A stretch of 63,989 bases of DNA, filler included, from Folioceros fuciformis (lineage: Eukaryota): the NCBI GenBank assembly GCA_049999805.1. It is 13 parts of 13 records of this genome, joined end to end, with 100 filler letters (N's around TTAATTAATTAA, not from the genome) between each part and the next. Parts side by side here need not be neighbours in the genome. Positions count along the whole stretch, not along the records: positions 1 to 9,711 come from JBNGIO010003058.1; positions 9,812 to 12,269 come from JBNGIO010003060.1; positions 12,370 to 14,517 come from JBNGIO010003061.1; 10 more parts are not named here. One strand, 5' to 3'. Each line of letters begins with the position of its first letter. Within the stretch, counting starts at the first letter, position 1. The translations under genes and the position numbers were made by a program. Below, piece after piece: positions 1 through 13,460 of the stretch. Under the pieces are notes generated by a model. The model made no database searches. It was not told the origin of the DNA and worked only from the letters and a program-made list of their open reading frames with translations.

Positions 1-360
1 GACCCAACTGGCGGGCTCGGACCCGGTCGCCGGGCAAGAACCTGGATGGCGGGCGAGAACTCGTCCTACGAGCGAAGATCGGGCGGGATGAGAGGACGCT
101 GATTGCGAGCACCAAAAGGCGTCTCCAATGCCGAAGAGCGGGCGCTAGATTGCGAGTGCCGGAGCACCGACATCGAGGGCGAAAGCGCGACATAGTTGGG
201 ATCTCGGCCATGAGGCGGAATCGAATCTTAATCGAAGGATTTAGGCCCATTGTGTCGGCCTAGATTGTGGACAGAACGAGGTGTGAGGGTAACTGAATCT
301 ACATTTCATTTTGACCACTTTCTAACTAGCTTTTTGGTTGATTTGCATCGATTTTGAAAC

Positions 361-3300
361 ATGGCGCCCTCAGAAAACATCATGTTCAATATCAAGAAGT
401 TAGATGGTACTAACTTCCCGTTTTGAAAAGAACAAGTGTATAATGTTCTAGAACAAAAGAAGCAAATCAAGCCCATCAAGTTGCTAGAAGTGAAACTTGT
501 TAGCATGACTCAGGATGAGAGTGGCAGGATCTAGATGAGCTTGCTAGATCTACCATCATGCTTACATTCTCGAACTTGGTCTACTTCAACTTGAAAGACA
601 AGACCACAAGTTACGAGCTATGGCAGAAGTTGTGTGACCTGTATGAGAAGCAAAGTGCGGCTTCTCATGTGTACTAGTTGAAACAGTTCGTGGACTTGAA
701 GATGAAGGAAGGGACGAGGATGTCTGATCATCTGAATGAGTTCAAAACCATTTTCAACCAACTCTCAGCTCAGGGTATCTCGTTCCCAGATTCCGTGAGA
801 GCTATGTTTCTGTTGGTCACATTACCAAAGAGCTGGGACACCTTTCGTACAGCTCTGAGTAATTCCGCTTCTACCAGTGGTCTTACCGTTGTAAATGTAG
901 AAGGCAGCCTATTAACAGAGGAGGTGAACAAGAAGAATATGGAACCTTCGAAAGGTTCCAATGCCCTCATGGTGAGAGGAAGGTCCACTTCAAGGGGAAG
1001 TACAAGGAGCAAAGTCTTTCCCGTAGTAAGTCTCGTAGTCATAACAATGTTGAGTGTTACCATTGTCACAAGCAGGGTCACATCAGAAGGGAATGCGAGA
1101 AGTTCAAGAAGGACAAAGGAACGGAGAAGACGCAAAGCGACAACAAGGCAAGCTCGAGTATCAAACCTGACGAGGTGAACTATGTTGATGATGGAGATGT
1201 TCTTACCTCTTCTTCCTTCGATTCTGCACAACTGACAGCCGTGGAGAGTCATTTATTCTCTAATTGGATAATTGACTCTGGAGCATCTTTCCATGTTACT
1301 CCGCATAGGGAGTGGTTTAGCACTTATGATGCTACTAGGAAAGGATGTGTTTGGCTTGGAAATAACTATGCGTGCGAGATTGCAGGCGTTGGTGATGTGC
1401 AGCTGAAGTTCCATAACGGATCTTCATTCAAAAAGCATGACTAGCGCAGGGCAATTGGATGACGCTGGCTACCACTATTGGTTTGGAGATCGTTCTTGGA
1501 AGATCTCCAAAGGTTCTCTTGTGTTAGCTCGTGGAACGAAGTGTGGCACTTTGTACTCACTTCAGGTAACCACTGTCAAGGATCATGTGATTTGTTTAAC
1601 GAAACAGCCAAGTGTTTCCTGTGGTATAATCGATTAGGACATATGTCTCAAAAAGGAATGAAGATCTTATCTCGTTTTGGTTACGTCTCTGCTTTTGACT
1701 TCTCCGATTTCTCCGTGTGTGAGCATTGTTTGTATGGGAAACAGACGAAGTCACCACATGGAGCAAGAGGTAAACACAAAAGTAAACCTCTTGAGTTGAT
1801 TCACAGTGACGTTTGTGGCCCTATGCCCACTGTATCATTAGGCGGTGCATTCTATTTTGTCACTTTCATAGATGATTTCTTACACAAGGTGTGGGTTTAT
1901 CCTTTGAGAAAAAAGGATGATGTTCTGATAGTGTTTCAAAAATTCCTCACCCTTGTGGAGAATCAATCAAGCCTCCGACTGAAGTGTCTAAGGACAGACA
2001 ATGGGGGAGAGTATGTTTCGAAGGCTTTCCAGTCATTCTGTGATTCCAAGGGAATCAAGAGAGAATTGACTGCGCCGTATACTCCTCCCCCGAATGGTGT
2101 GGCTGAACGGATGAACAGGACCATCCAGGAGAGGATGTGTAGTTTGTTGTCAAACTCTGGATTGCCTAACGGATTTTGGGCAAAAGCAATGGTTACTGCA
2201 GTGCATCTTATTAACAGATCTCCTAATAGGGCTGTGGATGACCAGGTTCCAGAGGAGATGTGGTCTAGAAAGAAGCCGTCTTACAAGCATCTATGAGTGT
2301 TTGATTACGAGGCATACTACCATGTTCCGAAGGAGTTTCGGGACAAGTTGGCTCCTAAGTCAAGAAAATGTATTTTTCTTGGCTAGGGTGAATCTGGTGA
2401 GATGGGATACCGTCTGTGGGATCGAGAGGCCAAGAGGATGGTTCGTAGCAATGACGTGTTCTTCAATGAGACCAAGATGCACAAGAAGCCTACTCCAACT
2501 GTGGAGGTGCGACGGGTGGTCTTCCAAGAAGATGGATTTGACCGTCCTGCGCAGGTTGAACGTCGTGCTGTGCAGGAACAAGTTCCTCCACTTGTAGAAG
2601 AGGAGAGAGAGTGCAACCAGCTCCGGTCGAGCCACCAGTGCTTCGTAGGTCAGCACGGATCTCACGTCCTCCTAACAGGTACGTTGCATCTCTTGATTAT
2701 GTTATGCGGACGGATTGTGGGGAGCCCTCTTGTTATCAAGAGGCCATGTCAGTGACTGACAAGGACAAGTGGGAGAAGGCGATGCAGTCGCAGATGGATT
2801 CCCTCCGCAAGAACCAAACTTGGGAGTTGGTTCGGTTGCCTAGGGGCAAGAAGGCGTTGCCATGCAAATGGTTGTATGAGATGAAGGACATACCCCATTA
2901 TGGCAAACCCAAGTACAAGGCACGATTGGTTGCTAAGGGTTTTAAGCAACAGCAAGGTATTGACTTTGATGAGATTTTCTCACCAGTTGTCAAAATGACC
3001 ACCTTGCAATGTGTTCTTGGTTTGGTTGCGAGGAATGACATGGAACTTGTCCAGATGGATGTGAAGTCGGCATTTCTGCATGGAGATCTCCAGGAAGAGG
3101 TATACATGCAACAACCAGAGGGTTTCATTGAGAAGGGCAAAGAGAGTCTGGTGTGCAGGTTAAAGAAGAGCCTTTATGGTTTGAAGCAGGCACCCAGGGA
3201 GGGGTATTACAAGTTCCACTCATTTATGCTTTCTCAAGGCTCCAAGCGTAGCGATAAGGATCATTGCCTCTAAACGAAGCAAGCTAAGGATGGAAGCTTG

Positions 3301-4318
3301 CTCATTCTGGTCCTCTATGTGGATGATATGCTAATTGCTAGGACTAACAGTGATGAGATTTCAGTGTTGAAGTCAAAGTTGAATGCTCGCTTTGACATGA
3401 CAGACTAGGGAGAGGCAAGCCATATTCTTGGCATGCGTATTCGTCGAGACAGACAGAAGCGTTTGCTTTACTTGTCTCAGACTGAATACATAAACAAGGT
3501 GCTTCAACGTTTCAATATGGAGAAGGGGAAGGTATTGAGTACTCCATTGCCTCCATATGTGAAACTGTAAAGCAAGGATTGCCCAAGTTTTGCGGAGGAC
3601 AAAGCTGAAATGGAAAAGGTTCCATACTCATCAGCTGTAGGGAGTTTGATGTATGCAATGATTGCTACACGTCCTGACATTGCCTTTGCAGTGGGAGTGG
3701 TTAGCAGGTTTATGTCAAACCTTGGCAGGAAGCATTGGGAGGCAGTGAAAGGAGTTATGAGGTACTTAAATGGTACGAAAGCTTTGTGCTTATGTTTTGC
3801 TAGTGAAGATGCATTTGTAGTGGGATATACGGATGCTGATTATGTAGGGGATATGGACAAAAGGAGGTCCACATCAGGTTATGTATTCATGTGCACTGGA
3901 GGGGCAGTCTCATGGCGATCTCGTTTGCAATTGTGCGTAACGCTATCTACCACAGAGGCCGAGTCTGTTGCAGCGACTAAGGCTTGCAAGGAAGCCTTGT
4001 GGCTTGCTCGTTTACTGGGAGATTTGGGGATCAAGGTTGAGCTGCCAGTGTTGCATTGTGATAGCTAGAGTGCTATCCAATTGGCAAAGAATCCAGTATT
4101 TCATGTGAAGACCAAACATGTGGAAGTGAAGTATCACTTCATTTGGGAGGTGTTGGAAGACAAGAGGGTACAGCTTGTCAAAGTTCACACTAGTCAGAAC
4201 CCTGCAAATGTTCTTACCAAGGGGCTCTCTATGGGGCAATTCGCACAAGCTCGGACACTCATGGGCATGCGGTAGACCACTCTCCTATGAAGGTAAATTG
4301 GCCTTTAATTGGGAGGTT
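361..4318 (+). mobile_element. Ty1/Copia LTR retrotransposon (family A), near-complete degenerate gag-pol
   Basis: Gag start MAPSENIMFNIKKLDGTNF at 361; zinc knuckle near 1055-1100; protease WIIDSGASFH; integrase HSDVCGP..TFIDD..RTDNGGEY..NGVAERMNRT; RT KARLVAKGF..QMDVKSAFLHG..LYGLKQ..YVDD; RNaseH YTDAD..STTEAE..TKH, stop at 4275; purine tract GGGAGG at 4311. Copia domain order; several stops and frameshifts. Confidence 0.96.
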
Positions 4319-6040
4319 GTAGCACTCTCCTTTAATTGAAGGCTGGGACAATGGCCTACATATATCCGTGTGGACAATCTCAAGAACATCTAAAGCTCTA
4401 TGAAGAGACTTGTTCTTGAAAGCTGCTTGATGACGTTTCGACAACACATAGGTTTCACATAGAGATAGGGGTGGCAAGCTGCCAATTTTTCCATCACTGT
4501 ATAGCTCACTGTTAGCAAGTTTCTGTAACTTTGCACTATGAGGGTGACCTAGGCGAGCATGCCATAACTTAGCCTTTTCTTCTAGCTTATTTGTTGCTTG
4601 TGAAGAGTTAAAAGCTAAGTGTGTCTTTGTTGTGTGACTACGTGTGTGTAGATGAAACAGGTCATGTTCTGATGACCCAGAAGCTAGTATCTTGCAGGGA
4701 TCAAAAGCATCAATGACCCTCCACTCTGTAGGGGTAAACAGGATGTGAGTGTTATTATCCAAGTTTAGTTTCCTAATAGAGATGAGATTCCTAGTCATTT
4801 TAGGGACATAATATACATCTCTCAGTATAAGTGTGATTCCAGAGGGAACTGGAATTTTTACTGTGCCTTTTCCTGGAGACACAAGTGATCTATCATCACC
4901 AAGGTAGACAAACTGATTGTCTACTAGTCTGTATGTGACAAAAGCATTTCTGTCAAAGCATATGTGCGCTGTTGCACCAGTATCAAGGTACCATTCATTA
5001 ACTGGTCTACCTTGTATATTTGCAGACAAACAGGTGGGGTTAGCAAGAGGAAATGCAAACTTCCTTATCCCTACTATCAGGGCTAAAGGTGAGGCTTGCT
5101 TTTTCACCACAACATGTGTCTGAGAAGTGGAGTTGCCCTCCTTGCGAGGTACTCCGGCCTCCTTCTTCCAACACTCATTTTCCCAATGTCCTGGAACTTG
5201 GCACTAGTGGCATTTTCTAGTCCTTTTAGATTTGTTCTGTGCTATAGCTCGCCGTGAGCCATCAGCACCTTGAAAGGTATTATGTTTACCTTTAAAGTTA
5301 AGCCTTGTGCCTTTATTTTTGTTTGTGGTGTAAAGAGCCTGCTGCTTGCCAGCACGCTTATTCTGTCCTCTTATTGCTTCTTCTTGAAGAAGAGCTCCCA
5401 CTAACTCTGAAAATGTTGTCTATGGTATAGTGACATTTGCAGCCTTAGCAATCTTAGCAGCCTAAAGCTGAGAGGCATTGTATGAGGTCACAAAATGTGA
5501 CCATGAGTCAGGGAGAGACATCATGAAGTACAAGGTAAGTATTTCATCATTGAGAATTTCTGAGAAGCACTTTCTAATTTAGAAACAAGTGTTCTAAAGT
5601 GCCTAATGTGTTTTTCAACTGTATCCCCCTCTCTCATTCTGCAAATTTGTATATTTCTAAGAGTAGTCATAGGGTATTTACTCCTGCATATAGATCTTGT
5701 GGTCTAGACCAAATCTCAGCAAATGTTTTGCATCCAGAAGTCTGTCTAAGCATGTCAAAGGTTAGTCCACTTCTTATTAAGTACATTGCAGCTTCATCCT
5801 TAATGTACCAAGCCTCTTAGTATCTTGTTTCAGCAAAGGAAGGGGTAGCTTCAGGGGAAGAAGAGCCAGGGAGTATTTCCTCTCCAGTGGCTATCTTCCA
5901 AATTCTTTTATTTTGCAGGGCTCCACGCATACGCATGACCCAAATGTCAAAGTCTGTCCCCCCAAACCGTTCTTTCTCTTTAAACCCATCACCACTCAGA
6001 TTAGTGGTGCAACCATTTTTAGGATTCTGGAAATCCTGTC
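4319..6040 (-). mobile_element. Ty1/Copia fragment (family B): gag, protease and integrase N-terminus, truncated
   Basis: Minus-strand gag start FGGTDFDIWVMRMRGALQ near 5920-5970; zinc knuckle near 5160-5215; protease WYLDTGATAH; GAG-pre-integrase LWHARLGH; integrase stops after HTDICRPLSQPSIKGECY at about 4319. Confidence 0.9.
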
Positions 6041-6499
6041 CTAACTGTTAGGATGTTGGCTATGTGCAGATCTGTGACCTATCCTGACAAGGTACACAAT
6101 CCTAGTAATAGAGAAAGCAGGGGAGCAGTAAGATGCTACTGTTGCATCTTAGATAGGCTGCGAATGGAGGTCGGCGGGTTTCCTAGTTAATGGGAATAAA
6201 GAGCATTGGAACCACGTCCTTGGGGAAGGTGAGCCCCCATGACCCTCCGGGTGAGTTTGAGGTTAATCTGAATGGTCTTAGCAGTGCGCTATTGTCAGGG
6301 TGATGGGGAGCATTTTCCGAGCCCTGTCCAAAGAGCTGGACACGGGGTCGGTTTTTTTCTCCCAAGTATAGTACTCATGCTATGTAAATATGTAGGCAGG
6401 GGTCCCCTTAGTATTGTATGAGGACGATAATATTAATCCGAATCCTTTTCTTCGTGAAAAAAAAGAGTCTTAGATAGGCCGCAGCAGCAGCCCTATCTA

Positions 6500-9400
6500 C
6501 GAAGGGTTTGCAAAGTGATCTACCACTGGTAAGATGGCAAATTGGTTTGCAACTAAATGTGATATCCTTTGATTTCTAATCTCCCATCTATTAAATGCAT
6601 AGGTAGAGCAAGAAGGACGGGAATTTGGTGCATCGAAGGTATGTAAGTTGTATTTCTTATTTGCATGTAATCCCTCTAAGAGCAAAGTTAATGAGCTCCC
6701 GAAAGCTAACGCTACGGGCAAAAACTAGACTGCGAGTGAGCGGGTCATAGAGTTTATAGGCCTTAGATTCTTCGCCATACCCGACAAAAATAAGGGGACG
6801 GGCCCTATCATCCAGTTTCCTGTGTTGGGCAGCATGAATGAGAGCATAAGCCGGGGACCCAAAAACCCGAAGGTGAAGAAGGCTGGGTTTGCGTTTCCAC
6901 ATGACTTCAAAGGGCGTACGATCAGGCACAGCAAAGGTAAGGAGTCTGTTTAAAATATAAGTAGCGGTAACAACCGCTTCTGCCCAGTATGCCTTGCTTA
7001 ATCCAGACTAGGCAAGCATGCTCCTTGTCATATTAAGTAAGGTCTGATTCCTACGCTCAGCAACGCCGTTCTGTTGCTGAGTGTATGGAATACTGAGCTG
7101 ACGAGTAATACCCTGTGCTGCTAGATATTCATTGAAAGGTGAATTCACAAATTCAGTCCCATTGTCAAACCGGAGGTAACAAAGAAGGCAACCTGTTTGG
7201 CGCTGAATCATGACCAACCATTCTTGGAAATATTGAAAGGCATCCGATGTCCGTTTCATGGGGAATGTCCAAGAGTACCAGCTGTAATTGTTGGTGATGG
7301 TCAGATAATAAAGAGAACCTCCGAGTGATGCCACATGGATCTTCCCAGAAATGTCAGCGTGGACAAGTTCTCAAAGCGTGGAAGTCCGATATGCAGGGGT
7401 AGAGGGAAAAGGAAGCTCTTTCTGCTTAGCGACGATACAGGAAGTGCAGGTAGGTAGCTCTTTGAAACACTTAGGTAAGGGCTCCCTATAGCAGCCGAGG
7501 ATAGACATACGGATCAGCTTGTCCTGGTTGGCATGACCTAATCTGGCATGCCAAAGCTGTGCTAAAACTCGCTGGGACTTAGCAACCAGGTGAATGCTGC
7601 GGGCAGGGACGCATTGCATGTCAAGACGATAAAGGTCATTCTCTAAGAGGCCCTTGGCAACTAGCGACTTAACAGAACCTGTCTGAAAAATGCTGCAGCC
7701 AGTGGAGGTAAAGGTGAGTGTGTAGGCACTTAACCGTAAAAGCTGACTGATGGATAGCAAGTGCTTAGCCATGTTAGGGACATAAAGGACCTCGTCAAGT
7801 CGGAAACACGGGCCACTGGAGTTTTGAAAGTAATAGGAACCTTTGCCCAAAATCTTCACACCTGAATGGGTGAGCTCATCACCTAGCAGCACCCTCTCAG
7901 AGGTATGAAGAGGAACAAAGTTGCTAATCAAGCTTTGATTGTGGCAGATATGCGTCGTTGCTCCGGAGTCCAAGTACCAGGAGTTATCCGCCTTGGAGGA
8001 AGTAGACAAGCAAGTTGTCATTACCACCGGCTGCTTACCGGAAGTTTGGCCTGAAGATGGCCTGGCCTTGGAAACAGCATGAGCCGCAGCCCCCTTTTGG
8101 GATTGATCAGCTCGTTAAGGGTCTCCAAATTTCTTTTTACGGCATTCTCGCTCCCAATGACCAGCAGATTCGCACCAGTTGCAGGAGCCAGTGCGTTTGA
8201 TTTGACCTGGTTTCGAGTCCTTCGAAGGGCTAGCTGCAAATGAGTTTCCAGTCTTGTGTTTATTGTTTGTATGGGGAGGCCGTGACTTAGAGCTGTAAAG
8301 CACCTTGTCCATTTTAGTTCGGCCAGAGTTGGAATGAGAGCCTATACGTGTCTACTCTTCCTGAAACAAAGCCTCAATAACGTCTGTGAAACTAATCTGT
8401 ACAGGTTGTCCTGCAGCCATGGCCTTGGCAGCATCTCTTAATGATGCTCCATAACTTGAGATGAAAGGCTGGTAACTATTGGGTAGGCTCGTCAACAGCT
8501 GTGCGACTGCATCAACTTCGGTCATGGGGGAACCAAGTGAAGCAAGTTGAGAACGTAAGTGTCTAAACTTTGCCACAAAAACAGCTACTTTATCATTGTC
8601 CCGCATGCGAAGAGAGAAGAGCTCGCTTCTAACTACTACCAGGGTGAGAATGTTTTTCACGTCGTAGGTCTGTGAAAGCTGGTTCCATATGTCTTTAGCC
8701 TTTGGCAGGTAGGCAACGTTTGGCACCAGAACTTCATCAAGGCCACTAATTAACAAGGCGCATGCCACATTGTTGGCTTTGTCCCATTTTTCCTTATCCA
8801 ATTGATTGGCAGTAACAGCAGGTTGTTGGAGCTGCCCACTCACAACTCCCCACACATGTCAGGCTTCAAGAGCAGCTCGCATTCGGACACTCCAGATAGG
8901 GTACTTGTTCCCATTAAACCTATCTTTTTCCTTAAATTCAATTGTATAAGAAGGTTGATAGCTCGGTGCTGCATAGGGAAGCAAATGTTGAAGGCCGACA
9001 CCACCGGCTGGTGGATAGGGAGGGAGAAGGGGCAAGCCACCTGCTGTAGGGACTTGTAGGTAAGGATTTGGAAGGGGACCCGCCCCTAACCCAGCCCCTA
9101 ACCCAGCACCAAGTCCTGCTCCAGGGTAACCGAGTCCTCCATCAAACAGTCTTAGAGGGGGGGGGGGAGTCCCGCTCCAAGTCCGCCTCCATATCCAGCG
9201 TAGGGGTTCCCTAATCCAGCTCTAAAAGAAGGCAGAGGGTTGGCGAATCCTACTCCTTGTCCAAGCAGAGGATTCCCAAGCCCAACTCCTTGAGTTGGCA
9301 AAGGATTGGAAGGCCTTGCGCCTGGCGCAGAGGTGGAAGTGGAAGCAGCGGCTCCAGTCCCTCATGAAATGGATGCAGCGGCTTCAATTGAAGGTGGTCG

Positions 9401-9700
9401 CGTGGGAGGCTGTGTCCCTGTAGAGCCTGCAAAGCTTGCAAGCGCGTCAAACAGGGAGAAAGTGGGGGAAGAGGAAGCCTCTGATGCCGCTAGTCCACCA
9501 AAGAGGACCCCAGCAACACCATGATTGGTGACAGAGTCTGGAAGAGGATCCGTGTTCTCAGCCATGAAGAGGTGCTAGCAGCAATTCTGTCTGTGCGGAG
9601 GTCAACAAGCTTGGAAGACCCTCCTAGAGATTTGAGTCCACCAGCATCCGGGGCGATTTCAATTGGAATAGGTGCACCGGTTGGTGAGAGGAGATGGAGG
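6500..9700 (-). mobile_element. Ty1/Copia fragment (family C): gag, protease, integrase; RT and RNaseH missing
   Basis: ORFs 8352-8855 (gag), 8115-8312 (CNWC..GHWEREC knuckle), 7371-8027 (WYLDSGATTH, LWHARLGH), 7008-7334 (FDNGTEF, QQNGVAERRN) and 6657-6929 (LRVFGS, KLDDRA, FVGY). Boundaries approximate. Confidence 0.92.
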
Positions 9701-9711
9701 GGCGCGAAAGA

Positions 9712-9811
9712 NNNNNNNNNNNNNNNNNNNNNNNNNNNNNNNNNNNNNNNNNNNNTTAATTAATTAANNNNNNNNNNNNNNNNNNNNNNNNNNNNNNNNN
9801 NNNNNNNNNNN
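9712..9811. other. Artificial contig spacer (first of 12)
   Basis: 44 N + TTAATTAATTAA + 44 N. Identical spacers start at 12270, 14518, 17203, 18834, 35346, 39256, 54569, 57852, 59613, 61435 and 62862. Confidence 0.98.
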
Positions 9812-10039
9812 CTATGCGGCGTTAGCCGAGCGGGAAGAAACATGATGTGTCGGGTTGAAACCCTAAACCCCTACCTTCAACTGTAGGTCAAGGTTTTCTT
9901 GATGAGTTGCATGAAGCTTGGTCATGCACCCCATCAAGTAGGCATAGTCAGCTCGAAACCTACGAGCTCGAACCACCAGCATCCTGTGAATCTTGGTCTG
10001 ATGCTCAGCTTCTTGTTGTGCTTTCTCCTGCTGAAGGTC

Positions 10040-11855
10040 TTAGTGTCTGCTCTTCAGTCTTCATATATTGTTGTTGTTGCTAGTCAACCAGTGACTATCA
10101 ACCTCAACAATGTGACTGGCGCACTCCTGCAAGAGGAGCAAAGCCATCACAGGTCTGGATCCAGTTCCAGAAATCGAGGTGAAAAAGTGCTCTTGGCAGC
10201 CAAGGGCAAAATGTTTGGGAAGGGGATGGATAAAGGAGGAAATAAACCTACCTCCATTTTATCCTCGATTGCCAAACAAGTTGGCACTTGCCACTGGTGT
10301 GGCATTCCTGGACATTGGGAGTGCGACTGTCGAAAGAAGCAAGCTGGTGATCCAAAGAGGGACGTGAAAGTATCAGAAGCTCATGTTGCTGTGAAGGACT
10401 CAAAGTTACCTTCACACAAGAGTGCTGCAACAGCCTTGACTGTGCGCTTCACTGCTACACATGAGCTTTCATCACTGTGGTTTATTGACTCAAGTGCCTC
10501 TGCACATGTTTGCAATAACTGGCAGTTGTTCACAACTTTCTAGAACACAACCTCACCACCACAGTTAGTTTATGTGGGAGATGCTGAAGGCGTTGCAGTT
10601 AAAGGTACTGGACAGGTGGTCATACCTTTAATGAGTGGAGGAACACTTCAGTTGGAAGATGTCCTCTATGTGCCCTCCATGTCGAAGAACTTGATCTCTA
10701 TCCGAGCAATTACAAGCAGTCAGTTGTATGGTTTCCATTTTGAAGCTAACCACTGTTACATTTACAATTTAGATGATTCAAACCATCATGTAGCTGAAGC
10801 TACATTAGTTGGTGACACCAGCTGTTCACTACATCCAAGACGTTAGAACAAGCTGATGTAGTAACTTCGATGAATCAGGCTAAGTTGTGGCATGTTAGAT
10901 TAGGTCATGTAAATGTCAATGTTAGATTGTTATAGAGAGAAGTTGTCGTCATGCTTCAAATCACTTCCTGTTTGCAGAGTTCCTGTTTTAAGTTCCTATG
11001 TCCTGTCCAAACAGAAAGAACTACCCTTCAAAAATAGGAATGCCACAAGGGCAACATCCTTGTTAGAGTTGGTACATGCTGACATAGCTGGACAACTGCA
11101 AATTAAGTCATTAGGAGGTGCTGAGTACTATCTAATAATCACTGATGATTATTCAAGATACACTTGGACTTACCCATTGCGACACAAAGGTGATGCTTTT
11201 GATCAGATCTCACCCTGGATTGTCATGGTTCAACGCCAAACCGGCTGCCTGGTAAAATGCCTAAGAACAGACAATGGAGGGGAGTTTGTTGGCTACAAAT
11301 ATGATGAGTTGTTTAAAAAGTGTGGCATCATTTGCCAACTGGCTGTACCTTACACACAACAACAAAACGGTGTTGCTGAGCATAAGAACCAGACACTTAC
11401 GGGCATGACTCGAAGTATGCTATCCTATGCAGGATTACCTAAAAAGTATTAGGCTGAAGCCATTACTACTGCAACATATATACTGAACATGCTACTTACA
11501 TCTGCTTTTCGATGACGGACTCCTTATGAAGTGTTCTGGGTACGTAAGCCCAGTATAAATTACTTAAGAGTATTTGGATCATTTGCCTTTGTATATGTTC
11601 CTGCAGAAAGAAGGAAGAAGTTAGATGACAGGGCAGTTCCTTACCTTTTCTTAGGTTACTCTGAGGAGAGTAAGGCTTATAAGTTGATTAATCCTCAAAC
11701 TCATGAGGTGGTGCTCGCAAGAAGTGTCACGTTTTGTGAACTTACCTCTCCTAGATCAAATCCTTCACTAGAAGAACTTGAGGGCACTACATATATAGTC
11801 CTTGAGGGCACTACATATATAGTCCCTGACCTTGCTATAGTTCCGAGCATGTGAA
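10040..11855 (+). mobile_element. Ty1/Copia fragment (family D, related to C): gag C-terminus, protease, integrase
   Basis: CHWCGIPGHWECDC knuckle, WFIDSSASAH protease, HADIAG..ITDDYSR..RTDNGGEF..QQNGVAE integrase, LRVFGS..KLDDRA. Ends near a 24-bp tandem duplication at about 11777-11825. Confidence 0.92.
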
Positions 11856-13239
11856 TCTTTTTTTATCATTGTTATAAAAAAAATATCATTATATTTTATT
11901 ACCATTAAATTAGTTATTGATTAGATAGAGAGAGATTATGTCTAGGTTGAAAAATAAATTGGAGAAGATTAAAATATTTATTAAAATAAAAGATGGGAAA
12001 ACCATGTACTCTTAAAAAACAACTATAAACCCTAAAGGGGCCGGGGTCTGTGCAGGGCCGGTTCGGTCGTGGCAATGGGGCACAGGTCGGACGGGCTAGG
12101 TTTGGCAGATCCAAAGAGTGTTTGTCGCACTCCAGCTTGCGGCCCTCCAGTTCAAGTGGAATTGGGTTTGGCGGATCTTTTGTCCTTGTTTTTTATTTTC
12201 CTTGTGTTATGGTTTCTTCTATGATTCGAAATTTATGATTGGCATGGAGATTTTTGAAGAGCTTTGGTTNNNNNNNNNNNNNNNNNNNNNNNNNNNNNNN
12301 NNNNNNNNNNNNNTTAATTAATTAANNNNNNNNNNNNNNNNNNNNNNNNNNNNNNNNNNNNNNNNNNNNGTCTTACTATGGAGGTCCGAGGTCTCCATTT
12401 AAGTAGTACATTTAGGGCTACACAACTTCCAGGTTCAATATGGGATAATCTACACTATCCTAAGTTCACTAATAACTAGAACTAGTCTAGTATGAACCCA
12501 ACTGGGATAACCAACACCACATGAGTTTAGCTCATATAGAGCTCGATAACTCAACAAGGAACACTACCTATCACACTTCTACCTATCAGCCGGTCTATAG
12601 GCCTGTCCATACATTCACAACAAAAAGGCTAGAAGCCTAGCCTATCCCCTAAGTCAGCTCGCCCAACTCACTCCTGTTCTTCAGCCCTTCAGCTCTTCAT
12701 GATTCCCACTTCAGTCCCTTTCTCCTTCACCTCAGCTCTTCAAGATTCCCACTTCAGTCCCTTCCCCTTCACTTCAGTCCTCTACCCTCCACTTCTACAC
12801 ACACCCCTGCACTTCAGCAGCTCACTCTTCACTTCTATGCATTTCACTCCAACTCTTCCTCTCTTCTCTTCAGCCGCCCCCTGGAAATTGGGACACAATG
12901 GCTTCACGCCCTGCAGTCTCCAAGCATGGTGTGGACACTAGGACTGGATAGCCCTCTAGCTCATGGTCTTGTTCCTCCACTTCAACCAGCCTGCAAATCA
13001 TTCAGCCCTTGCGGATCCGGCCACACGGATCTTGACAGTCTTGGGATCTCCACGTTCCCCCAGTGGTAAGGGAAATCAGGACCTTTGTTTGGTCTCAACC
13101 GGCTCAGCGCCCTAAGCCAGGAGTTCCGCACACCAGGTCCGGGGATATCACACCATAGACCCCCCTTCTCTCCATGGCAGGCCTCTCCTCTTGTACTCCT
13201 AACCCTCATCTCTCTCTCTGACTTTAACCATCCTACATC

Positions 13240-13460
13240 TGGTTCTGACCTAAACCTAACCTAGGTCTAACCTAACCCTAATCTAAGCCTGACCTAAACC
13301 TAACCTAGGTCTGACCTAACCCTAATCTAAGCCTGACCTAAACCTAACCTAGGTTTGACCTAACTTAGCCTAGGTCTGACCTAAACCTAACCTAGGCATG
13401 ACCTAAGCCTATCCTAGGTCTGACCTAGATCTATCCTAGGTCTGACCTAGACCTAACCCC
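13240..13460. repeat. Low-complexity tandem repeat built from (T/C)GACCTA/AACCTA/CCTAGG units
   Basis: Repeated CTGACCTAAACCTAACCTAGGT-type units read directly. Lies in a contig (12370-14517) that looks like non-coding retroelement sequence. Confidence 0.85.

Noticed and set aside
9756-9767. Recurrent TTAATTAATTAA palindrome as a biological motif
   Set aside because: Always centred in identical N blocks; it is a six-frame-stop scaffolding linker.
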